A stretch of 64,000 nucleotides of DNA, taken from NCBI GenBank assembly GCA_044868145.1, contig JBIOWE010000006.1:78558-142557 (forward strand), written 5' to 3'. The stretch comes from Patescibacteria group bacterium (GTDB taxonomy: Bacteria > Patescibacteriota > Patescibacteriia > UBA10025 > JBIOWE01). The first letter of the stretch is position 1. The number at the start of each line of letters is the position of its first letter. The position numbers and the translations under genes were made by a program. The notes under the pieces were generated by a model. It worked only from the letters and a program-made list of their open reading frames with translations. It did no database searches and was not told where the DNA came from. Of the stretch, positions 53,336-59,939 are shown one piece after another.

Positions 53336-53491
53336 ATGTCACAAGATAATCTCATCAAATTAGAATGCACCGTGTGCCATCGGGTGAATTACTATAACTA
53401 TAGAAATAAGAAGACTGTTAAGGCACGGCTTGAGCTCAAGAAGTATTGCCAATGGGATAAGAAGCACACCCTCCATAAAGAAAGCAAGTAG
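53336..53491 (+). CDS. rpmG: 50S ribosomal protein L33
   Basis: MSQDNLIKLECTVC..NY...NKK....RLELKKYC...KHTLHKE. Confidence 0.97.
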   Translation: MSQDNLIKLECTVCHRVNYYNYRNKKTVKARLELKKYCQWDKKHTLHKESK

Positions 53492-53567
53492 CTTATGGCG
53501 TATGGCTTATAGTTAAGATGCGTCGCAATCAGTATTCCTATATGCGATAGGCTATAAGCCATAAGCT
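53490..53567. repeat. Inverted pair of heptamer repeats
   Basis: agcttatggc gtatggc ttatag ... ctataa gccataa gct. Confidence 0.7.
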
Positions 53568-53632
53568 TTCTTTGGGGCTATCGTTCAATGGCAGGACACT
53601 GGTCTCCCCGCCCGCCTTCGAACGCCTTCACT

Positions 53633-53788
53633 GGGAGAGTAGTTTAGCGGCAGAACGCCGGTCTCCAACCCGCCCACCAACACTGGGGTCATCGTTCAAC
53701 GGCAGGACGTCGGTCTCCAAAACCGATAACCGAGGTTCGAATCCTCGTGACCCCGATGTTGGTGGGCGGACGACTCCTTCCTCTCCCG
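53633..53788 (+). pseudogene. Middle tRNA-Trp(CCA), interrupted and partly deleted (pieces 53633-53668 and 53771-53788)
   Basis: GGGAGAGTAGTTTAGCGGCAGAACGCCGGTCTCCAA ... CGACTCCTTCCTCTCCCG; acceptor GGGAGAG/CTCTCCC. Confidence 0.8.
53685..53755 (+). tRNA. Inner intact tRNA-Trp(CCA), no encoded CCA tail
   Basis: GGGGTCA/TGACCCC, TCGGT-CT CCA AA-ACCGA, CGAGG-TTCGAAT-CCTCG; flanked by a perfect 13-bp IR ccgcccaccaaca/tgttggtgggcgg. Confidence 0.93.
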
Positions 53789-53911
53789 CTGAAGGCGGTC
53801 GGGTGGGCAAAACCAGTAATCGGGGTTCGAATTCCTGTGGCCCCGTATCAATAAAACAATTGTTTATACGTATGAACTTAATTCGTCCTTAACATTAGCA
53901 ATGAACACAAT

Positions 53912-54337
53912 ATGAAAACAGCAATCGTCGTTATCGTCATCGTCGTGGTGGTCGGCCTCGGCGCATGGTATTTTTTAAGCCAGGACAAGGGTTTGTACTC
54001 AAACTCAAACACCACGACCAACACGGTATCGGGAAACACGAACGGAGTGCAAACCACGTTTGACAAACAAATGAGCATTAATGAGTATGCATTTTCGCCC
54101 AACACAGTGACGGTCGGCCTTGGGGAGACAGTTCGTCTTCTTGTGAAAAACAATGGATCGACTGACCACAACTTTATCGTTGACGAGCTGGGTGTGAGCT
54201 CCGGCTCGATCGCCCCGGGCAAGGAAAAAGTCGTGACAATCAACGGTTCAAAGGTGGGCACGTTTAAGTTCTATTGTGGTATTGATTCGCATCGAGGGCT
54301 GGGTCTCGAGGGTACCGTCACCGTTACGGCTCAATAG
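53912..54337 (+). CDS. Exported cupredoxin-domain protein
   Basis: N-terminal TM segment, FSPNTVTV, HNF, FYCGIDSHRGLGLEG (His/Cys/His ligands, Leu at the axial position). Confidence 0.88.
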   Translation: MKTAIVVIVIVVVVGLGAWYFLSQDKGLYSNSNTTTNTVSGNTNGVQTTFDKQMSINEYAFSPNTVTVGLGETVRLLVKNNGSTDHNFIVDELGVSSGSIAPGKEKVVTINGSKVGTFKFYCGIDSHRGLGLEGTVTVTAQ

Positions 54338-54358
54338 ATTAGACGAGAAAATTTTTGT

Positions 54359-54781
54359 ATGACGCGAACAGTGAAGGTTCGTCAAAAAATTAACGACGAA
54401 CGTATTAAATTGCAAACTGGTAAGTCGCTTGCCGAATGGTCCCGCATCTTGAATACATGGGGTGCTCCAAAAAAGGGTCATACTGCAACTGCGAAATATC
54501 TCTTCGAGAAGTATAAGATTGGACCCTGGTGGTCGCAAGCGGTAACTGTCGAATACGAGTACGCCCATGGTTTACGCAGCGAGACACATACGATTCCTGC
54601 GGATTTTCTCAAGGCGCTAAAAGCCAACCAAAAAGCGCAGAAGATTTTCGACTCGCTTCCGCCATCGCACAAGAAAGAATACATTGAGTGGATAGTCGAA
54701 GCAAAGAGGCCGGAAACTCGATTGGCGCATATCCGGAAGAGCATTAGCAGATTACTTCAATGGAAAAAAGAACCACGTTAG
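54359..54781 (+). CDS. YdeI/OmpD-associated domain protein
   Basis: TGKSLAEW...WWSQAV N-terminal domain; IPADFLKAL...FDSLPPSHKKEYIEWIVEAKRPETR. Confidence 0.85.
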   Translation: MTRTVKVRQKINDERIKLQTGKSLAEWSRILNTWGAPKKGHTATAKYLFEKYKIGPWWSQAVTVEYEYAHGLRSETHTIPADFLKALKANQKAQKIFDSLPPSHKKEYIEWIVEAKRPETRLAHIRKSISRLLQWKKEPR

Positions 54782-55338
54782 ACAAAGCGACATTTGCCGG
54801 TGGTTGCTTCTGGTGCACAGAAGCGGTTTTCACGAGGTTAAAAGGCGTTGAAAGCGTTCTGCCTGGGTATGCTGGCGGCGACATGGAGAACCCATCATAC
54901 GAAGCCGTAAGCGCCGGCCAATCAGGTCATGCAGAGGCAATACAGCTTGCGTTTGATTCTTCGGTTATCCCGTATGAGAGATTACTTGATGTTTTCTTCG
55001 CCACACATAATCCAACCACGCTGAACCGGCAGGGGAATGACATTGGCGAACAATATCGCTCCGTTATTTTTTATCATTCAGACGCGCAGCGCAAAATAGC
55101 AGAAGCAACAAAAGCGCGATTAGAGCAAGAAAAAACATTTAAGAGTAAGATCGTTACGGAAATCGTGCCTTTTACGAATTTCTATCAGGCAGAAGAGTAC
55201 CACAGAGACTATTACGCAAAAAATCCTGATAAAGCTTACTGTCAAGCGATCATCAGCCCAAAGGTGGCGAAGCTGCGACAAAAATTCTCGAAATACTTGA
55301 AGGAGAATTCTTTATCAATACCAATCAGAAAGGTATGA
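54760..55338 (+). CDS. msrA: Peptide methionine (S)-sulfoxide reductase
   Basis: FAGGCFWC, GHAEA, NRQGNDIGEQYRS, AEEYH. Confidence 0.98.
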   Translation: MEKRTTLDKATFAGGCFWCTEAVFTRLKGVESVLPGYAGGDMENPSYEAVSAGQSGHAEAIQLAFDSSVIPYERLLDVFFATHNPTTLNRQGNDIGEQYRSVIFYHSDAQRKIAEATKARLEQEKTFKSKIVTEIVPFTNFYQAEEYHRDYYAKNPDKAYCQAIISPKVAKLRQKFSKYLKENSLSIPIRKV

Positions 55339-56525
55339 GAAATCCCGAACGCCTCGGATCACCGATTGAAGAAGAGGTCTCATCTGACAGTGCAGAGCCT
55401 AAGGGAAGCATTGAGATTCAAAAAGGATCAGCTGAATTGCCCAGAGAACCGGAGCATGTAGAATCGACCAAGGAGAAGAAAGGTTTCCTCGAACAACTTC
55501 GTACATACCCCGCAATCCGTCCCATCGTCATTGGATTGGCACTGGAGATCGGTGCCCTCGCTTGGCACGTCAAGCAGAAATTTCAGGAGAAGGGAGAAAT
55601 TGAGCAGCTTGCAACATCAGTCAAGACAGAACTATCGAATATCGAGTACCTTAAAGAGAGGGGGGAACGTTTAAGGGAACTCTTTGGAAACAATTTACCG
55701 TTCTCCTTGGACGTTGCGGGACAGCTTGAGGCGCTTCAGGGGGGCGAGGAGCAAGTTCGAACGTTGGAGAAAAGTTTTAGCTGGTTTAAGGAAAAGAGGC
55801 CGATTCTCGCAGAACCGAGCGAATTGTTAGAGCCTCCCCCTTCATCAGAAGAACGCGAACAGGCGGGTGTTAAAGTCAACGATTTCGTACTACACCCTGA
55901 ATATTACGAAGTGGGTAAGGTCGAGCAACGGATCGATAGCGCGACCGTGGATCGTATCCTCGCCGAGACGTACCCGAAGGGTTGGATACGTGGGGAAGTC
56001 GCGTCGGTCGAGCAGTTGCCGGACACCCAACTGATGGGAGACAGGTATGGATTGGGAAAAGATGCAGAGTCGGTCGCTACGCACTATAAGGGGGGGGAAG
56101 GTGGGAAATCGAAAATCGTTTTCCACGGCATTTCGAAACAAGGCTACAGCGCAAATGAGATCTTCGGGATACTCGCTCACGAGCTTGGACATGCCAACGA
56201 TTGGTCAGGGGACAATGAGATGAACCGGGAGGAGAAGATGGATCTCCTGCTTCACGTTGGGGATCGATTGGACGACGAGGATCGATACTACTCCAGTTAC
56301 GTCGAGGCAATCCAAAATGATGACGAGCAGCGCGAACGATACCTGAAAGCGAGCGAGTATTGGGCAGAGATATGCGAGGCGTATTTTTCTGACCCCGGGA
56401 ACATGAACTATACAGACTACGCACTCGTTGAAGAACACCTGAAGAAACAAGACCCGAATTTCAATCGCGACCGGGCAATGAAATTGCGATTTGAACTCCT
56501 CCAGTCATCTCTCAGTAACCCCTAA
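55335..56525 (+). CDS. Hypothetical protein with a zincin-like HExxH motif
   Basis: LAHELGHAND plus a downstream EYWAE; hydrophobic segment at about aa 62-77. Confidence 0.7.
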   Translation: MRNPERLGSPIEEEVSSDSAEPKGSIEIQKGSAELPREPEHVESTKEKKGFLEQLRTYPAIRPIVIGLALEIGALAWHVKQKFQEKGEIEQLATSVKTELSNIEYLKERGERLRELFGNNLPFSLDVAGQLEALQGGEEQVRTLEKSFSWFKEKRPILAEPSELLEPPPSSEEREQAGVKVNDFVLHPEYYEVGKVEQRIDSATVDRILAETYPKGWIRGEVASVEQLPDTQLMGDRYGLGKDAESVATHYKGGEGGKSKIVFHGISKQGYSANEIFGILAHELGHANDWSGDNEMNREEKMDLLLHVGDRLDDEDRYYSSYVEAIQNDDEQRERYLKASEYWAEICEAYFSDPGNMNYTDYALVEEHLKKQDPNFNRDRAMKLRFELLQSSLSNP

Positions 56526-56529
56526 ACCA

Positions 56530-56952
56530 ATGACCACGGACATTTACCGAGGCACAACGCATTTAGGAACTCTCCAAGTTGATGAGAGTGGGTACACACT
56601 GAAGCCTATATCCGACTCCACGTTGAAGGCCCTTCTCGATCGTTCATTCAGAGAAGGAGTTCATCGTTTCCGCGACGTTCACGACGAAAATAGGCAGATC
56701 ATTGTTCGCGAGCCGATCAAACCTGAACATCCCGGTTTCCCGCTCGCCCTCTTTGAGTGGCTCCGGAGTCAAGGACTCGACGTTCGAATCCGTCACCCAG
56801 AAGTTGACGAAGAGATCCGTTTACTTCTTGCGAAGTTGCCAGACAATCAACTAATCAAGGGGCAGGTTCTTCAACAGCTATCATCGATGAATTACCTCGA
56901 GAAGACATTTATTATTGAGAAACTGAAGGAAAAATTTGGTCTGCCTAAGTGA
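56530..56952 (+). CDS. Hypothetical protein
   Basis: ATG 5 nt after the previous stop; 140 aa, co-oriented. Confidence 0.65.
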   Translation: MTTDIYRGTTHLGTLQVDESGYTLKPISDSTLKALLDRSFREGVHRFRDVHDENRQIIVREPIKPEHPGFPLALFEWLRSQGLDVRIRHPEVDEEIRLLLAKLPDNQLIKGQVLQQLSSMNYLEKTFIIEKLKEKFGLPK

Positions 56953-56964
56953 AAGGGAATAATC

Positions 56965-57354
56965 ATGGATAAAACATCAATCGACGACATGAAGAAAAAG
57001 CTCACCCCCGAGCAGTACAACGTCTGCTTCCTCAAAGGCACGGAACCGCCGGGGAGCGGGAAATGGCTGCACAACAAAGCAAAGGGGATGTACGTTTGCG
57101 TTGCCTGCGGCCAGGAGTTGTTCAGGTCGGACACGAAGTTCGATTCCCGTACGGGCTGGCCATCGTTTTGGGACCCAGTGAACAATGCGAACGTGAAGAC
57201 CGAGGAGGACTACTCGCTCGGGGCACGTCGGCTCGAGGTATTGTGCAGCAACTGTGGCAGCCACCTTGGCCACGTATTTGATGACGGGCCAGAGCCGACT
57301 GGGAAGCGCTATTGCATTAATTCGCTTGCCTTAGACTTTCAACCCAAGCAGTAA
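56965..57354 (+). CDS. msrB: Peptide methionine (R)-sulfoxide reductase
   Basis: GTEPP, CVAC, KFDSRTGWPSF, CSNCGSHLGHVFDDGP, RYCINS. Confidence 0.98.
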   Translation: MDKTSIDDMKKKLTPEQYNVCFLKGTEPPGSGKWLHNKAKGMYVCVACGQELFRSDTKFDSRTGWPSFWDPVNNANVKTEEDYSLGARRLEVLCSNCGSHLGHVFDDGPEPTGKRYCINSLALDFQPKQ

Positions 57355-57358
57355 ACAG

Positions 57359-57390
57359 CAAAAGCTCCGTTCAAATCGCGGAGCTTTTTT
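57359..57390. terminator. Bidirectional terminator
   Basis: aaaagctccg...cggagctttttt. Confidence 0.75.
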
Positions 57391-57401
57391 GATTGAGTGA
57401 G

Positions 57402-57623
57402 CTATTCATCGAGTGGCTCGATGGTGAACGAACTGCTTCCGACTTTTTGCAAGCCGTTCATTCTCGTCGTCAAGAAATTCCGTGTTTCAATCCACGCAGA
57501 ACTCATTGCCAATACTTCTTCCGCAGTTTTTTCCTCTTCCCACTCGAATGTGAGTAGGTCAAAATACTTTCCGTCTACAACCGCATCAGACATTGCAAGT
57601 TTGAATTTACATGACATTCTCAT
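57402..57623 (-). CDS. Small hypothetical protein
   Basis: AAGGAGGG SD before the ATG; TTGACA promoter-like element upstream; ends at the terminator. Confidence 0.6.
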   Translation of the reverse strand: MRMSCKFKLAMSDAVVDGKYFDLLTFEWEEEKTAEEVLAMSSAWIETRNFLTTRMNGLQKVGSSSFTIEPLDE

Positions 57624-57768
57624 GGTCCCTCCTTGCTGTTTTTTTCAGATTAACCTGCTGCTGAGTATTTGTCAAGGGCAAAGGCAAAAAAGCGCAAACA
57701 TATCGCGAATTGACGGGGATGTTTCCCCGTGGTACAATAGCAATACTTTATGAACGTGGAGATACGAA

Positions 57769-58188
57769 ATGCCTCAAGAACAGAGACAATCTTTTTTTTC
57801 TCGGCTCGCGTACTCTCGGCTCCTCCTGATTTTGGAAATCGTCATCCTTGTTCTTATCGGCGTTTCGTTCGGCCAAGAAACAGTCCGTAAATATCAAGTT
57901 GAGCACGAAATTAAAAAATTACAGGAACAGGTAGACACGTTGGAGCATCGGAATACGGAACTGGCGCAACTGATCGATTATTTTCAGAGCGATCAGTATA
58001 AGGAGAGGCAGGCGCGGACTAGACTTGGGCTTGTCAAAGAAGGTGAAAGTATTTTGGTTGTGCCAGGCGTCAGCGGAAGCGAGCCGGGCGGCCTTATTCA
58101 AGAGACCGCTAATTCGTCTCGAGCCGTATCTGCCTCGAATCCTCAAAAATGGTGGAATTACTTTTTCGAAAAAAAGATTGATTCATAA
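57769..58188 (+). CDS. Septum formation initiator (FtsB/DivIC-like)
   Basis: TM segment plus coiled coil and ERQARTRLGLVKEGE; NPQKWWNYFF tail; TTGACG-17-TACAAT promoter. Confidence 0.85.
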   Translation: MPQEQRQSFFSRLAYSRLLLILEIVILVLIGVSFGQETVRKYQVEHEIKKLQEQVDTLEHRNTELAQLIDYFQSDQYKERQARTRLGLVKEGESILVVPGVSGSEPGGLIQETANSSRAVSASNPQKWWNYFFEKKIDS

Positions 58189-58205
58189 TAAACAACATTC
58201 ACTAT

Positions 58206-59270
58206 ATGCCAACGAAAAAAACTCAGGCAGAAGCGGTGAAGGCTTTATTGGAAGATCCAAAAACAACTGAGGCAAAAAAACAACCGACTCGTTTGCCCGC
58301 AAAAAGATTAGTCCTTTTTGTTTTGCTTGTTCTCGCGAGTCTTGTTGTCGGCACGCTGATCGTGTTCGCCATGGGCATTTACGATTTTCAGTGGCGCGGC
58401 AGCGTGACTCGAGCGGCCATTGGCGTTGTTCCGTATCCCGCGGCGATCGTGAACGTGAGCATCGTGCCCTACAGTACGTTTCTTGATGATGTAGACACGT
58501 TGAACTTTTTTTATGCTGCGCAGCAAACATTGAATCCCGGCGTCCAGGCACCTTCGGAACAAGAACTCCGTCAAATAGTTCTGACACGCATGATCAAGGA
58601 TATTCTAATGCGCAAGAAGGCCCAAGCCTACGGTGTGAGCATTTCGCAAGCGGACGTTGATAAAGAGTTTCAATCAATTGTGAGCCAGGCCGGATCCGTT
58701 GAAGAGGTACGGCAAACGTTGACGACTCTTTATAATTGGGACGAGAAAACGTTCAAAGATAAAGTCTTGCTGCCGTTTCTCCTCAGCCGTGCCTTGGAAG
58801 AAAAACTTGCATACGATCCGCAATTGAATAAAGATGCAAAGCAAAAAGCGGAAGAGGTGCTCGCCAAGCTTCAAGCCGGCGGGGTGACCTTTGAAGATCT
58901 CGCACGTCAATACAGCGAAGACGTTACTGCAAGCTCCGACGGTGATTTAGGGTTTGTACAAAAAGGGGATTTAGTCCCGGAATTTGAGGACGCGATGCTC
59001 AAATTGAAAGAAGGCGAAACATCGGGAATTGTCCAGACACGTTACGGATTCCACATCATTAAGCTCGTGAAAATCGTGCCGGCGACCGATACGAAGCCGG
59101 AGCAATATAGCGTCAAGCATATTTTATTGAAAGCAAAAAGTCTTGACACGTGGCTCCAGGAAGAACTCGCGCGAACGAGAGTGCTCGTTGCCGTTCAGGG
59201 ATACTATTGGGCAGCTTCATGCGACCAGGTTCTGTTGAAAGGTGAACAATGTCCGAGTGCGTCGGGTTAG
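58206..59270 (+). CDS. SurA/PrsA-type parvulin peptidyl-prolyl isomerase
   Basis: PAAIVN, FEDLARQYSED, GDLGF, VPEFEDA, TRYGFHIIK, KHILL. Confidence 0.92.
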   Translation: MPTKKTQAEAVKALLEDPKTTEAKKQPTRLPAKRLVLFVLLVLASLVVGTLIVFAMGIYDFQWRGSVTRAAIGVVPYPAAIVNVSIVPYSTFLDDVDTLNFFYAAQQTLNPGVQAPSEQELRQIVLTRMIKDILMRKKAQAYGVSISQADVDKEFQSIVSQAGSVEEVRQTLTTLYNWDEKTFKDKVLLPFLLSRALEEKLAYDPQLNKDAKQKAEEVLAKLQAGGVTFEDLARQYSEDVTASSDGDLGFVQKGDLVPEFEDAMLKLKEGETSGIVQTRYGFHIIKLVKIVPATDTKPEQYSVKHILLKAKSLDTWLQEELARTRVLVAVQGYYWAASCDQVLLKGEQCPSASG

Positions 59271-59295
59271 GACGTTGTGTTATTAAAAACCCAAA

Positions 59296-59333
59296 AGCCA
59301 CTGGCCCCGCCGATGGCGGGGCGACCTCGTACC
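59296..59333 (-). pseudogene. Relic of a tRNA-Thr 3' end interrupted by a GC hairpin
   Basis: agccactgg repeats the 3' end of the adjacent tRNA-Thr(CGU), followed by a perfect IR gccccgcc-gat-ggcggggc and gacctc. Confidence 0.5.
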
Positions 59334-59334
59334 G

Positions 59335-59410
59335 TGGAGCCACTGGTCGGAGTTGAACCGACAACCTCTCCCTTACGAAGGGATTGCTCTGCCAGTTGAG
59401 CTACAGTGGC
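59335..59410 (-). tRNA. tRNA-Thr(CGU)
   Basis: Reverse complement GCCACTG/CAGTGGC, TCCC-TT CGT AA-GGGA, GTCGG-TTCAACT-CCGAC, CCA. Confidence 0.95.
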
Positions 59411-59415
59411 GTGAC

Positions 59416-59741
59416 TTTGGAGCGGGATACCCGCCCAAATTTTCTCCTACTGCCTTACTAATGCTAAACTATTTCTTATATGTTTCTTTACGAAATTGCG
59501 ACCCCATCCTGTTTTAAAATATTTTTCTCGTTCGCGCGCATCGGATTCTGCTAGGAACGCTTCATAATAGAGAAGTTTGAACGGAGTCCGCAGTTTTGTC
59601 GAAAATACTTTACCCGCGCGGTGTTTGTTAAGACGCTTCTTCAAATCATTCGTAAATCCGGTGTATAATTTATTATCTCTGGTACTGTACAGAATGTAAA
59701 CATAGTACATAAAGGAGTCCGAAAATTTGGAGCGGGATACC
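59416..59741 (-). mobile_element. GIY-YIG cassette integrated at the tRNA-Gly 3' end
   Basis: 16-bp direct repeat tttggagcgggatacc at 59416-59431 and 59726-59741; IR ccgcccaaattttc / gaaaatttggagcgg. Confidence 0.75.
59447..59710 (-). CDS. Small standalone GIY-YIG endonuclease (87 aa)
   Basis: MYYVYILYS...LYTGFTNDLKKRLNKH...STK...LLYYEAF...AREREKYFKTGWGR. Confidence 0.93.
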   Translation of the reverse strand: MYYVYILYSTRDNKLYTGFTNDLKKRLNKHRAGKVFSTKLRTPFKLLYYEAFLAESDAREREKYFKTGWGRNFVKKHIRNSLALVRQ

Positions 59742-59747
59742 GGAATC

Positions 59748-59855
59748 CCTGCCCGCCCTCGCCTTTGCGGGTGTAGTATAGCGGCAGTACGCTTGCTTCC
59801 CAAGCAAGAAGAGGCGGTTCGACTCCGCTCATCCGCTCGGGCGAAGGCAGGCGGG
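59748..59855. mobile_element. IR-bounded insert carrying an antisense tRNA-Gly
   Basis: Ends cctgcccgccctcgcct / gggcgaaggcaggcggg (13 of 17 positions complementary). Confidence 0.75.
59767..59837 (+). tRNA. Inner intact tRNA-Gly(CCC), opposite strand, no encoded CCA tail
   Basis: GCGGGTG/CATCCGC, CTTGC-TT CCC AA-GCAAG, GGCGG-TTCGACT-CCGCT. Confidence 0.92.
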
Positions 59856-59939
59856 GAACCGGCGCAACAACCTTGGGAAGGTTGTGTACTACCACTATAC
59901 GAATCCCGCAACATTGTAACATACACTACTGTATCGAAT

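Larger units (their letters stand above)
53608..53808. mobile_element. IR-bounded insert carrying tRNA-Trp copies
   Basis: Ends gcccgcc/ggtgggc and cgccttca (53623-30)/tgaaggcg (53790-97). Confidence 0.75.
53574..53845 (+). tRNA. Outer tRNA-Trp(CCA), split in the anticodon by a 201-nt insert (halves 53574-53607 and 53809-53845)
   Basis: Joined halves give a 71-nt cloverleaf: GGGGCTA/TGGCCCC, CTGGT-CT CC|A AA-ACCAG, CGGGG-TTCGAAT-TCCTG. Confidence 0.85.
59728..59909 (-). tRNA. Outer tRNA-Gly(CCC), split in the T-loop by a 108-nt insert (59909-59856 and 59747-59728)
   Basis: Joined: GCGGGAT/ATCCCGC, CAACC-TT CCC AA-GGTTG, GCCGG-TTC|GATT-CCGGT, TCCA; 74 nt. Confidence 0.87.

Noticed and set aside
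53608-53808. Group I intron as the explanation for the tRNA-Trp and tRNA-Gly inserts
   Set aside because: The inserts are almost entirely tRNA sequence plus short IR arms, leaving no room for a P3-P9 catalytic core. The Trp insert does not follow a U or end in G at the boundary I used, and the Gly insert is only 108 nt.
52963-53892. Short ORFs overlapping the tRNA cluster (52963-53151, 53093-53287, 53572-53892, 53628-53810, and the 5' extension of rpmG)
   Set aside because: They are translations of tRNA and IR sequence with no protein features.
59727-59939. N-terminal extension of the 580-aa ORF
   Set aside because: It overlaps both tRNA-Gly genes; the signal peptide begins at ATG 59940.
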